This document shows, piece after piece, positions 28,744 through 42,205 of a DNA stretch of 64,000 nt. The notes beneath the pieces were generated by a model. The model was not told the DNA's origin. It ran no database searches and worked only from the letters and a program-made list of their open reading frames with translations. Origin of the DNA: Phoronis australis (taxonomy: Eukaryota > Animalia > Phoronida); assembly GCA_002633005.1 (NCBI GenBank), contig NMRA01000128.1:361165-425164 (forward strand). The letters are read 5' to 3'. The stretch's first letter is position 1. Each line of letters begins with the position of its first letter. A program made the position numbers and the translations under genes.

Positions 28744-29852
28744 CTATCAATATTGCAGAGCAGTATTACACAAGCCAACAATAGCAGTAGATACATGCCA
28801 GTTCATCCCTCACGTCTAAACACCCACCTCCATATTTTCCAATTTTTCACCTCTGAACACCAATGCCAGGCTTAACTTCAACCTCCCAATTCATACCATC
28901 AAGAATTCCTTGAAAGCAACATTTAAGCATTGAGCAGTGAGATTCAGCAGCATCTCGACTTATTCAGGTGGGAAAATACCTGTATCTTTGACTCAGCACC
29001 AAAGTCCAACTTAAATACAACTCACTGCACCTTTACCCCAAGCAACCGTTTAGGTTGATGCCCAGCCCAGACTTCTCAAAAATGTTTGTTTATAAGTGCA
29101 TAACATAGTCGGTTTAAAGCCAACCCCCTAGTTATTGAGCTCCAAGTTTAGTGGCCTGGGCATTTCTTAACTCGGGGGAATAAATCTTAACTATTCACAA
29201 ACTAATCGAAACTCCATTTTTTATCCACCATCCACAGGTAAAGCATAGCCTCCCCTGCTTTAACAAGTTGTACCAATCTTGGGACTGAAAGCATGCCNCT
29301 ATCAATATTGTAGAGCAGTATTACACAAGCCAACAATAGCAGTAGATACATGCCAGTTCATCCCTCACGTCTAAACACCCACCTCCATATTTTCCAATTT
29401 TTCACCTCTAAACACCAATGCCAGGCTTAACTTCAACCTCCCAATTCATACCATCAAGAATTCCTTGAAAGCAACATTTAAGCATTGAGCAGTGAGATTC
29501 AGCAGCATCTCGACTTATTCAGGTGGGAAAATACCTGTATCCTTGACTCAGCACCAGAGTCCAACTTAAATACAACTCACTGCACCTTTACCCCAAGCAA
29601 CCGTTTAGGTTGATGCCCAGCCCAGACTTCTCAAAAATGTTTGTTTATAAGTGCATAACATAGTCGGTTTAAAGCCAACCCCCTAGTTATTGAGCTCCAA
29701 GTTTAGTGGCCTGGGCATTTCTTAACTCGGGGGAATAAATCTTAACTATTCACAAACTAATCGAAACTCCATTTTTTATCCACCATCCACAGGTAAAGCA
29801 TAGCCTCCCCTGCTTTAACAAGTTGTACCAATCTTGGGACTGAAAGCATGCC
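28744..29852. repeat. 554-bp near-identical tandem duplication joined at a single N (29298)
   Basis: 28744-29297 versus 29299-29852; four substitutions spotted by eye. Confidence 0.95.
28990..29820 (-). mobile_element. Decayed LTR retrotransposon (Gypsy-like) gag-protease remnant, present twice through the duplication
   Basis: - strand KQGRLCFTCG (start of a zinc knuckle, about 29786-29815), followed ~80 codons later by FKLDSGAES (aspartic protease-like, about 29545-29570); many stops. Confidence 0.55.
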
Positions 29853-30852
29853 TTATCATCAGTAAACACCCTTATCCCCCAGCCTCTCTCACTGTCAAGC
29901 AGTCGGCAGTGAGTCCGATAAATAACCCAGCAACAGACTTCACCACTGGTGGGTTGAACTGTTTTGGGACAAAAGTATGTGTACTAACATCAAAAGTACG
30001 ATTACTGAGACTCACGATTTGATTACCGTTACCCCAATGAAGAATTTCAAGATTTCTTCCACTTCTTGAAACAACTCATACGTTATGCAGCCATTAAGTA
30101 CCGAACAACATAACCCACAGTATATCACTAATTAGGAAACTAGAGTACAATTAATATGCAACAAAAACCAGAATCTATGAAATAAATCAACTCAAACATA
30201 GGGTACTTTAAACCAATTTAAATGAATTGACCCACTTAAACCATTGGATAAAATACGATATAGTGTGCAAACAAATGCTCACTTCATATTGTCAGAAGCC
30301 TAGAAATAATGACAAGTAACAGCGAATCAAACCAACCATTATGCCAGTAACCAGCAACGGACAACAAGCACACACACGCAAGACTGCAATACTTGTTTAC
30401 CAGACAATAATAATGTCTAATTACTCAGGCATTAAGTACAAAAAAACTGAGGCTATAGCAGGGCAGAAAATTTTTTGCACATTCGCAGCAAACAGAACAA
30501 GAGTTTTGATAAAAAATCGATGCGACAGCTAGAAGAGCAAACAGCGTCTTAGTAATGGATTTAAACAGGGCAACAAAAGACTGGACCAGTGCACAAATGG
30601 TGAGTTGATAAGCTAGTTGAAACTAGAACATAACTCTTAAAAGTGAGCATTTAAAAACAGGAGGTACCATATATTGTCCAAAGCAAACATCAGTTACAGT
30701 AAGTTTCCCAATAGAAGACAGACTAAACTAACAGTTGATGGTATGGTTGATCAGTGGGTATTAGTACAACTGCATGAATGACTTGCTTTCAAAACAAGGT
30801 GCAAAAACCTTTTATATCGGATTATGTTCACTAACTCATGTGTAATGCCATG

Positions 30853-31056
30853 GGATCTGGCCATTACAGGCACACACCAGGATCTGGCCATTACAGGCAC
30901 ATAGCAGGATCTGGCCATTACAGGCACACATCAGGATCTGGCCATTATAGGCACATATCCCGATCTGGCCATTATAGGCACCCACCCGGATCTGGCCATT
31001 ACAGGCACACATCAGGATCTGGCCATTATAAGCACATATCCGGATCTGGCCATTAT
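30853..31056. repeat. 27-bp minisatellite, ~7.5 copies (GGATCTGGCCATTAYAGGCACAYAYCM)
   Basis: Units at 30853, 30880, 30907, 30934, 30961, 30988, 31015 and 31042. Confidence 0.95.
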
Positions 31057-34000
31057 CGAGACAAACCCATGATGCCCCAACATTAAGCCAATTGACGCAA
31101 GGTTGCAAAAACTCGAAATCACGTGCAAATGACTTTTAATGCAGATAAACCAGTTTTCCAGTGATGAGCAACATTATCTGTCAAACTGTCGAAGCTGTAT
31201 CAATTAAGTCTATTACTGAGAATTGGTTTTTGACAGATGTTAGCCAGTTGATCTGGGTCATTTGTTCTAGTTATGATTCAAACACAGATGACTAAATACA
31301 GTTGGAGGCTACATCTGCTTCATGAAAAAAAAACAAAACCAGAATCCATGATGGCGTCTGCACAAAATAACATTTGTTTATTCAGACAAACCACAACATG
31401 GTAATTGTTTACATATTTCATGCAAACACAAGATTGCCTAAGTTACCACTCACCTATTTTTATTTTCAAAGGCTGATTTCCATGCTGCAAATTGCGTTAA
31501 CTTTACCAAATGTTGTTTTATGGCATCTGAACACAACGAACCAAGCTTTTAACAGACTAATTATAACAAAATAAAATATATTGCGTGGATAAATATTGCC
31601 ATTGAACATACAGCATGGACGGCCTGTTTTTAAGCTACAATATTTTAGCAACAGCAAGTGGACATGAGTTCTTCACCTCCCATGACAATATGAGATGTTA
31701 TATGATGCCAGTACCTCAAAAAAGAACTTGAAAATAAGTGTTTTATCGTAACATGAATGTAGACCACAAGTATATGGCTTACCTTGGCATGTTGCCAAGT
31801 CCAGATCAGCATAGGGGCGTGCTAAGTTCAACATGGTAATTTATACAACAGTGCAACCTGTTATAATTGCTAGAAAAACAGAAGATATAGGAATTGGGAA
31901 GGTAGAAATATTTACCACTTGTACAATCTCCATTGTTTCTCAGCTGATAAACCCAGAACAGACTGAAAATTATCTAATCTGCCTTTAAGTGGTGATGGTT
32001 GGGACAGAGATTAACACGCGAGGGGGCAAGTTTTGAAAAAGGCCCTTCATTTACAAGAGTACAGTGCATAGTTTTCAGGTGGTGTAGTCTTAGTGAAAGA
32101 TTAACCTACGAAAGCCAAGCTGAGGACAATTAAATTTACAAAAATTAGAATAACTTCAGAGATTGATGTTCAAGGTTTAAATTTCTTGAGCTAAACCGCT
32201 ACGTTAACAGATGTGATGAAATTTCCATTGCATCATTTCAAGTTATTCTCGACTGTTCAAAAACAGATCACTTCAAACTAATGTCTTATTTAGATAAACT
32301 AATGTCTTATTTAGATGAACTAATTTACATCATCTGAACATATGCAAATTAAATTTAATTTCATGAGTATGTGTGAATGAGATATGAGGACTGCCCAGAA
32401 AACAAATCGACATTACATCTGGGCAAAAACCACTTATGGTCCCTCAAAATCCATGCATCTACTTTGCCTTTGAGCCTTGCCAGTGCTTACAACAAATAAC
32501 AATTTGGGTAATGTTATAAACTGGTGAGAAATAAATTTCTGGGCACATGCCTTTTCATTCGTTTCAAGTGAGCCAAGGATGGAAGTAACTGATGGAGTGG
32601 GCAATAAGTGCTAAGGACTGGACAGGGCGGGGTTATTAACCACTGATGTAGAGTCAAGCAGAAGAGGTTCTCCAGTGCAAACTTTGATTAACAATATCCA
32701 ATATATGGAATATAGAGTCAGAATAGCTTGGAGCACACAACATTAAATAAGCAAAACACTGTGAGTCACAATCAGAGCTGTAAATTCCACAATGACACGA
32801 GTTTCACAGTTCCACAAGCAACTGTGTGCATGGCAGTGGTGTTAATACAAAATTTAAATATGAAAATATCATTTATAACTGCTTCTGTAATAATATGCTG
32901 AGCACAAACAGACAAGCAACTAACATATATACTTGACTATTAAGAAGTATAAGAAGTATCTCTGCAATCTCAAATTTTGGTTCGTCAATTTCTTTTATTT
33001 CCAAGTCACCCAAAGTCTCTAATGATTTGTGGCCACTTGAGAACAAGCTCCAAAATATAGATTTCTGCAAAAATGATCCGTAAATGTAGAGCAATTTCAA
33101 ACTGATGTTTCAGCTTTTCGACCAACTTGTTGTCCAAATCAAATTTTTGTTTGTGATCTTATATCTTGAATTTTATTTGAATGTATTCCTATCATAATCA
33201 CATGAAGTGCAGTTTGTGTTAATCTTCTTTTTTGGATTATTATTTTGAGGAATGACAAATACAATTTACCAGCACGTCTGGAAATAATTAGAATTCAAAT
33301 ATTTATGCACAATACTAACAGCTTTAATAAAGACCTAGGCTAAGGAAGCATAAGTGAGGTTAGACACATTTGCAGCTTTTAAAACCACTTTCACTGAACA
33401 TCATGATTGAAATGTTTGACAGTCAAAAATACGAGGCGAGACCGCAGCAAGACCCCCCCCCTCCCCAACCCCCCATGAAAACCCAACAACGCCACTCAAG
33501 TGCTCTGCAGCAAAACACTGGAAGAGCTGCTTCAAGATGAACATGTTTGCACAATTGTTTAAACAAATCTCATGCCAGGTGTAAATGGAACAGGAATGTT
33601 TAAGAATAATTCATATATGGGTTGGAGGAGAGAGATTGAAAAACAATGACTCTTAAACGGAGCATGACCTATGGTCAGAGGCAGCAGGATACATTTAATA
33701 TCAACCAGGAACAGGAATAATTCAAAAACTTCTTAACACAAACATGGCATTAATAGGTAATGCCTTCTTCAACATCGCTTTTACTCCATCACAGTTCAAA
33801 ACAATCTACAGAAACTGCATCATGATGCATAGTTTATTACCACAACTGGATCTGACAAGTCCATTTCACAGAACCGTCGCTACAAAAACATTTTGTCCTT
33901 TCAAAATCGACTGAATGTGAAACTAGCCGCAACAAGAATCAACAATGGCACGGCACTGTCATGTGTCCATCACGTTAGTATAGATAAATAATCATCTTAC

Positions 34001-37000
34001 AAGGTTTACTCAGTCTCACTCCAATATGCCATACTGATCAGACACCTAGGGGCAGACTGGAAATTGTAAACTAAGAAGTGCATACATTAAACAGGGAAAT
34101 TCAGGGAACCAAGAGTCAAGACACCCTTTAGGCTCTAGTCTTCTGCGAAGAAACCAATTGTTTTGATGATAGCAAAAATGTGGCTCCCCCTTGTGATCTT
34201 GTAAGAGTATTTTCCATATTAATTACTATTACAGCACCTTTGGCAACTGTTACTATTCATGAAACAATACAAAATGCCGTAAATGACCCAGAAAGAAGAA
34301 CATTTAGTTCGGAATTCACTTCTACTGAGCAAACATGAATGACCAGCACAAGATGAAATTGTATCACAACCTGTCGACAGCGAACACTGACCAGTCAGGG
34401 GCAATACACAAGACTACTGTACTAATCCAGGTTCCCCGGCAACTTGAATTGGGAAACACAAAAATTCAGAAGTGAGCATTAAGCTGGAGTTTTAAAGTGA
34501 AATTGTACCAGTTTCTGAGGATGGCATTTAGCTGACTTCGGCAATAACCTGGCCGCGTACAGTATAACACCACTTTTTACTGAAACAGCGACCGGAAATA
34601 GTATGATTCAAATCCAAAGACTATCAGGCTCTTAGTAAACTAATAGCAGATTACGCAGAAGCTCGTCAAGTCAGGCGCGCAAGGAAAATGGCAAAATTTG
34701 CATTAAAAATTTTTCAGGTGAATGGCTGAATGCCCCCTGGCAATAGAAATGGGCTAATGTGTTAGTTGTTCGCGCAACAGCTGGTTAAATGTCGCCAGGG
34801 AGGGATCTAGGTTAGTAATTTGTCAAAAGGTTATTACTTCAAAATAAACAGGATTAAAAAGCTGTTAGAGAAATAAACTATGAGTATCAAATCATAAATA
34901 GTTAGTGACGCCCTGGAAACGTGCCAAAGACTAGAGGTCTCCAAAAGGGCAAGATTGGCTCCATGGTGTAATCAGACAAATGTATCCGCTGAGTTCTGAG
35001 CTGCAGAACAATGTGGTGACTGCAATACACCATACATGGCATGTCAAGAACACTTATCAGGTAACACTTGGCACTCTGCCAAAAACTACAAGCAGAAGAA
35101 ATCAGGCCACAACCCGAGACACTGTTAATTCAAAATTTAAAGAAGTGAAAAATAAAGGCTGCTGTTGGCTTTGCTTTCAGCACACAACACAAACAAGAGA
35201 ATTAGCATAACTCAGAATTTCATGAAGTAAGTTTGGCAATTCTCCACCTCAATAGCTTGGAATATCATATGACAGGTGTCAATTTTCTAAAAAAATAAAA
35301 AACAGTGTTCACCATTTATAGTGTGAACCTGTCCTAAAAAGCATTTGTAAAATTTTGGTTGTTTAAATTTGTTGTTTTGAATAGGTATTCAGTATTTGAG
35401 ATGAAAAATGAGAATTTTGGCAATTACTTAGGTACGAAATAACACGAATAACCATGACAAGAGTTGAACACAAAAGTTTGCATCAATCACGAGGACAAGA
35501 GATCTACCGGTAATTTTGAAAAATTTCCGAGAAGCTAGTGACGTCAACAGGAACACAGAAAATGGAAAGTAGACTTATAGAGTGGATGCACAGAGATGAA
35601 ATGCTAACGAGAGTGATTAACTTAAATAAGGCGTACAGATGCATTCAGCAGATCTGCAGTGTTCTCCACAACCTGTTTTGACTAGTCACTGCATTGAGAT
35701 TGAATTTTGTCGTGATGTGTTTGGTTAACTTGCGTCGAATTTCAAAACCTATGTTACGAGTTCAAAGCATTGGGACTTGAGAGATTTGTAATTTCGCAAG
35801 TTAAGACATTTTGGATTTTTGTTACTAGTTCAATGCATTTACACCATGACTTGACACACTAACACCCCACAGTGTGGACATGGACTTTCTAACACATAAA
35901 TTGTGCAATTCCAGCCAAGTTTGAATTTTCTTTTCTGGAGAACACTGACCTCTACTTCTATAATTTACCATTTCAGAAAGCCATGAACTGTAAATCTGAC
36001 ATGACTAAGTGGAGACTGGTTGAAGACACACAATGGCTATTTTCTAATATCAGGGTCACAAACTGAAATAAACAATGCCACCTGATAAATTTCTGTTTTT
36101 GTTTGCAAAATTGTTCAGTTTATGTGCAATGAGGATGTAGTGCTAAGCAGTGGGATTGAACTCTTGATGGTGTAAAATTACCACCATCACAAACTGACCC
36201 TGTTCTAACCACTTGTGCAAAGCAATGAACACGTCAATATCTATGTCAATAAAAGAAATTCTCTGTTTTATACGAGTCTAATCTACCGATAGGCACTAAC
36301 AAAAATGGAGATTGGATCAACGGAAGTGAATTGCGAGCACTGACAACACCTTAAGACTTGCCCTACTTTAGCACCTGATACAAAGTCACACATCAGGTGG
36401 CGATCATGTTGACTAAATGTTACACAGTTTTAAGATATGGTAATAACAGCCAATTGAAATGGCTGGCAACTTGCCATGGTGTATGAATACGACAACCAAT
36501 TGTATAACAATCTGCCCAGGTATTGTGTAATAATCACAAACCTCCTTCACTAAGGATGCAAAAAATAACCTAACCCACATACAGCCGTAGGAAAGAGACA
36601 AGGTTATAAAAAAGGATGCCTACTTCAATAAAGTCGGCGATATGCTAATGCCTTGAGATACAAAAAATATATATCAACATCAAGATGCTGGATTTCCAGA
36701 TGATGTGAATAGACCCACAACATGCGTCATAATTTCAACCTGAAGCTCAGGTAAATGACCAGCGGAATGGATGCACCAGGTAACTTATTCAAATCCCCAA
36801 GTGGCCAGGTAACAGAGGAACAATAAAGCTGCATCACAATAAACAGGTATTAGAAACAGGTTGGCATCTGAATGGGCTTGAACATGGCTGTCTGCCAAGT
36901 GGTATTGTATCAGGTGGTCACCCCACAATACCAGCATTACAATGTAAACTAAGCTGAAAAGCATGTTAAAAACAATCTGTGAGTGACTATTATGATATAT

Positions 37001-38686
37001 TCAACTAGCAGCATGGCTTGGAATGAATACTGAGAAAAAAAGAGGAAAATTTTCCAAGTGATGTATTGTTGAAAAATTTAAGTGAAATAACATTTTTGCA
37101 TGAATAAAGTCAAAATAATGATGAAAAAGACAAAAAAAGAAGAAACTGGAAATCAATTTAGAGGAAATCAAAACTAAAAAAGAGGAACTCTTCTTAAAAG
37201 GGGAAAATTCCTAGCCTTGCACCAGGCTCAGTTGGAGAATGAGCAACGATGTCTATTTTACTTGTTAGTCAAACTTTAACTTTCAGTTCAGCGCACAAGT
37301 GTTATGGTACCAGTGTTCTGCAGACAAGCTCACAGCAACTTTCAGAAAATATTGGTTTCGGGACTAATACACCCAGATATACATTTGGAAGTGATGAATA
37401 TAAGCCCAGGTGTATTAATATTGTATCTGCCCTGCAAATATATACCAAGAGAGTCAACACAATGTACAATAGTCCTTACAGGTAGTATTTTATGTATTAT
37501 TGAAAATTCACTTCAATTACCGTTAAGGTGTCCATTTCTGATGAAGTTGGGGAAAGAGTTCAACCATGCATATTTTTTCCGAAATAAGTGGCCTAGACAA
37601 ATCTGATGGAAAATGTCCTGCTTGACATACGCCCACATGAGTCAGTCTACAGAAAAGTCCAGTAGGGGTGACCACACATTGACAGGAATGCTTCCTCTAC
37701 ACACAATTCATGGTGGTATACTAACAAGGCTTGAGTGAAGTGCACAAAAAATTCTAAAAATTATTACAATTGAGACTAGTCTGAATGCTGGCACTTGTGG
37801 GAGGGGGCAGAGATCAATTAGCTCACGTGAACAAGAGCCAGCGGTGAGCGAGCGTTAACAAATAAATGTTTCAACTCCATCTAATAATGCCCATTGGCAA
37901 TCAATTCATGTCACGCTTAGCTCTTTGATTAGGAATTTCTTTTAGCAGTTCATTGCTATGTATTATTTTTCAAGCAATCATATGTTCTTGAATAATAAAA
38001 TAACTGCGTAAGTGTGCCTGTCAAACAGTGCTTTCATTCACAAACAATGTTAACCAAACTGGTCCTGCTGTTGATAATATAATAGACCAAAAGAATAAAG
38101 GGCACATAAACAGACAATTGAGTCTTTTCAACTGTTTCTAAACCAGTAATGAGTTATGTAAACATTCCTCACAGAATAGCCAATCCCGTGAACAAACACA
38201 CAATATTTCTTGTATTAGTTTTAAAGCCTTTAAATCCCAAAAGCTTTGGTAGACTCCAAAAAACCCAGTGAAGACTGACTGTAAGCCAATCCTCAAAAAT
38301 TTACTGCTATCCCACGAGACATGCCCAAGTTTACATTGTGCATCCAATCCTGACAAGCCAACATGATATTGCAATCGATCCAAGATTGATTGTACCACTC
38401 TTAATACTACAGGCTTACAATTAAAGCTTCAAAACCTAAAACTAACGTTTATCATACATTGTTGAGTGAAATCTGAATTCAGTAAGCAAAGGCTAAAATC
38501 CTAGATGGTAACTAAATAATCAGAGAGAGGTAAGACTATTTTACCCCAGTTACATGGTAAGCCCTTTCAGCTTATACATACATTACAGGCATGGTTCAAA
38601 AGCCATGCATACTTTTGGTTAGGTATCGTGATCAGCAAAAGAGATGTTCAGGTGAAGCATTCATGATTCAACCAAGTGGCTTTACC

Positions 38687-38806
38687 TGTGTTCATCACAT
38701 ATTACAATTGTGTTCATCACATATCATATGTGTTCATCACATATATGTGTTCATCACATATCACAATTGTGTTCATCACATATCATATGTGTTCATCACA
38801 TATCAC
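38687..38806. repeat. 17-22-bp minisatellite, six copies of the TGTGTTCATCACATA core
   Basis: Direct reading. Confidence 0.9.
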
Positions 38807-40008
38807 GTGCCATTGTTGTGGAAGGTTGGCGACAAGTTGTGACGTTAAGCGACAAATTAACATTTGGAGTTTTAAGCAGCTTAGCAATATGTGAAATTTT
38901 GCATCGTTCCCAGCTTACAATACCAAAATGAAAACTGTGTTAACTAATGGCTTACGCAATTCTACTATTGCAGTGAAACAAAAGATATCGGCCCAAGAAG
39001 CAACAACAGGGCTAAAAGCCAAACATTGAAGCGGGCGTTTCAATTATTGAACAAGAACTACAACAGATATGGCTCTATGTCCCATTAATTATTGGCTTTT
39101 TAATTGAGTATTGACAACCATTGTTATTCAGGTTCACAGCCAAACAAGGAAGGATAGCCAATGTATGATGAGATGCAGTTATACCCCAATTTCATTTAGT
39201 AATATTCCAAATCTCAGCATACTATCCCTATTAGGACCCCCAGGTTATAGCAACACCTATCCCCACGAGAGCCTCTTTGGCCATCATTCAGTCAGTACAG
39301 TGCATACAGATTGTTGATGATTAGGAACTGAATTATCCACACAAAATATTCCTCTTGGGCCATCTTGGAAGGTTGGCATCGCTGAACAGTGCCCCAAATT
39401 GTTCCAGAAAAGCTGCATTGGATGCTTACATGTCAGAGGAGGGTAGCAAGTTTTAGCAGTATGTCAGGGGAGACTAGCAGCAGGAATAGTACACTTGTTT
39501 GCACAAAGGGCTCCTCTCCGTCATACATGCTATGTTCTATTGACTCAGGGGGTATCTGTACAGTCAGCCACCCAATATACACATTTTACAAAAAGGCAAT
39601 GGAATTTTATGTCAACAGTTTAAACACAAGTCCCATATTACACCTAGTATGTCATTAAATTGAAATAGTTCATCACATGCCAGAGTGGGTTCAATCTACA
39701 ACATGCACCAAGGGTTTAGATAACAGGAGTGTAGCTTGGCTACGCTAAAGTCTATTGACAAAAACACAAACAGTCCTAGCATGGCCTACCAGTATAATTG
39801 CTTAACTAACAAAGTTGTTGAAAAGCCATTTGAATGCTGGCCACAGTCAATAACTTAAGGTTTGAAGTGTTGAACCAGTAAGGTAGCCTAAGAATAAAAA
39901 TCTAGACAGGACATTAGGAACATTCAGGCCCATTTGTAAGAAAACTTTAAACAGCAGAACAAAATTTATTTGAAGAAAAGACTTCAGTAAGGTAAAGTAA
40001 CGGTAAGA

Positions 40009-40051
40009 ACACACACACATGCACACACACACATACACACACACACAGACA
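40009..40051. repeat. (CA)n microsatellite; similar tracts near 54225-54265 and 63559-63593
   Basis: Direct reading. Confidence 0.9.
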
Positions 40052-40224
40052 CTGTTTTTCTCTGGGGAGTTTCGAAAGCATATAGCAGCAAATTGAATGC
40101 AAACAGACTTACGCAGGTAACGTCATAGAATATATCGAGATGACAAGCTATTAAATTGCATTTAGTGTTAATGGAAAGCTAAAATTGTCCAATCAATAAA
40201 GCAAAAGGTTTGTTTTTAACATAC

Positions 40225-40238
40225 AAAACAATCTGCTT
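40225..40238 (-). CDS. Candidate 14-nt microexon (KQIV+TT) of the FAM53-like gene, or the start of a longer terminal exon
   Basis: Very strong acceptor (ctaat branch point, tttccttgtctctcttgtttttgtcctacag) followed 14 nt later by GTATGT; in frame with the preceding phase-0 exon. Confidence 0.5.
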
Positions 40239-40470
40239 CTGTAGGACAAAAACAAGAGAGACAAGGAAATTAGTAGACGTCAGTACAACACCACAGACTA
40301 ACATAGTCAATCGTCTTCTCTCCCAATTCCATAACCAAGAAAATTGTCAATGATAACAGAATTTTAAGAGCATACGAGGATCTTGTTTTTAGGGAAACAG
40401 GAAAAGGTGCAATAGTAACAAGCCAGCACAGGATTCAATTTTGAAAACAACGAAGTGCAAAGTAACTTAC

Positions 40471-40997
40471 GTGCTGCATTTTTTCAAAGTCTAAACATGG
40501 TCTCGGCATCACAGCTTTATTTTCCTGAGAGTTAAATGGCGAGTTACTGCAGTGTCGTTTCCTTGGTGACGATGCTGTGAGCACCTGCACAGAGGGGGCG
40601 ATGAACAGCTTGGGGGGCGGAGATCGCGACAGTCTCTGAATACTTTTGGGTGGGGAAGAGCTGAAGGAGAGCGGCTGTGGGGCGAAGAGATCACGCACCT
40701 CATCATCAGATGATCCAGGCGTGTCGCTGTAGGCGCGTACAGATACTTGTGACCACTTGCGCTTGTGCAGCTCACGCTCAATCACTGTTAGCTCCTCCTC
40801 AGAACTTGCCTGGTCAAAGTCCGATGACTCCGACCACCGACTGGGGGTCTGCTTTTGCCTTTCAAAGTTGTGATCTTTGCTGCTATTGATACTGGATAGA
40901 AGCTGAGACTCGTAAAGGCCGACACTGCTGAAGAGGGAATCATCGCTTGTGCTTGACGATGTACTGGGAGGTTGAGAGTCACTTTCCATCAGCCCAC
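40471..40997 (-). CDS. FAM53-like large Ser/Pro-rich exon
   Basis: ttatttcag acceptor, CAC|GTAAGT donor; 527-nt open, GC-richer exon inside ORF 40435..41028. Confidence 0.92.
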
Positions 40998-41993
40998 CTG
41001 AAATAACAGTCAGTCTACTTCTGCACACTAGGAAGTATTTCGCATCTTAACCTTTCCATAAAAATATTCATTTATTATGTAACCTTTATGCAAAAACAGT
41101 CCTCTAAGCATTAATATAAAAATGACCCCTGGTATAAATACATAGACCTCACTTCAGTTGGTAATTTTCCTGGCACATTATGATCACATAATAAATGTCT
41201 AGCTGGCAATACGACAACACACGTTAAAGCAGTTAAAACAAGACTGGTCAAAGTGTGCTACTACAACCATGTGGCACTCATGAAATAACTCCTACTTACT
41301 GGATGTAATTTGTTCGAGCTCAACATTCTCGTCATCAGATTCAGTGCCAGAGTCATGATCCTCATCGTCCTGCAACACCACAAATTAACATTCCAGACCC
41401 AGTTCATAAACAAACATTGTGAAGAAGAGACTCCCAAAACGATAATAGAATGACTGTTGCATTGTTTCAGACCATCCATGAAACTGAACGAACAGTTAAT
41501 TCATTGAAACCACAACAATACCAATGCCCTATTTAGCTCCAAGACGAAATTCTCATAAAACTGTCCTCATAGTATTCCTTAGGTCTACTGCAACAGAACA
41601 TCAAAACCATCAGTGACTCGAGAAAACGCTTCAGATGGTAAGGGTTGACCAACCCTAAAATTGCGGCTTTGGAAAAAAAACGCCATATACATATTGTCAG
41701 GGATTTGAGTTGCTGGTTCTTTCACCACCACGTTTTTAAACTCTAAAACCTTAACGCTAAGAACTGAACACTGGCAACCAAACAGCGGTAAAATGTAGCT
41801 TTAACAAAGTAATCATAAAAAATACTAAAAAAGCAAAAAATATTACAAATTATTAAGATTATCCTAATGCATAAAGAGAAAATCAAAGTACAACAAAGAT
41901 AAAACTACAAAAAGTGATACAAACTTTTGGCTGGAATGGTTGAACTTCATTAAGCGACTGTGATCTTAACTTCTGAGTAAGAAATTTCAGCAT
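40471..41993 (-). CDS. FAM53/Simplet-like protein, partial: join(41993-41925, 41369-41300, 40997-40471), 222 codons, C-terminal exon(s) unresolved
   Basis: Phase-compatible GT/AG exons give MLKFLTQKLRSQSLNEVQPFQPK|DDEDHDSGTESDDENVELEQITS|SGLMESD...KRKWSQ...SSDDEV...SPRKRH...PRPCLDFEKMQH. The N-terminus resembles FAM53A (MVTLITEKLQSQSLDD) and RPCLDFEKMQ resembles the FAM53 RPSLDFDKMNQ motif (from memory). Gene reality is high confidence, family assignment moderate. Confidence 0.8.
41300..41369 (-). CDS. FAM53-like acidic exon with DSGTES
   Basis: gtgttgcag acceptor, GTAAGT donor; phase 0-1 bridges the flanking exons exactly. Confidence 0.85.
41925..41993 (-). CDS. FAM53-like first coding exon (whole exon 42088-41925 including 5' UTR)
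   Basis: gttgtttttcag acceptor at 42089-42100, caaaATG, AAA|GTTTGT donor. Confidence 0.8.
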
Positions 41994-42205
41994 TTTGACG
42001 AGTGCTGTGGACTCTAAACCAGGGCACCATGGAAAATCGGCAAAATGCCAACCGGCATGAGACGATGAACTTCAAGACGCAGGAAAACCTGAAAAACAAC
42101 GGATTTTGACAAATTAAGACCGGTCATATCTGAGGAACTGTTTGAACTAGTAGGTTTTATAAAAATTACATTAAATAGTCAATATTTAAAACACAAAGGA
42201 CTTAC

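Noticed and set aside
30853-31056. Repeat array superficially like CRISPR (also 13711-13842 and 38687-38806)
   Set aside because: Units are directly adjacent with no unique spacers, there are no cas genes, and the context is eukaryotic.
30836-31108. ORFs encoding GSGHYRHTP / CACNGQI repeats
   Set aside because: Translations of a 27-bp minisatellite; open on both strands only because the unit is a multiple of 3.
40435-41028. 197-aa single-exon ORF as the complete protein
   Set aside because: Both ends run into introns; splice sites at 40998 and 40470 define the real exon.
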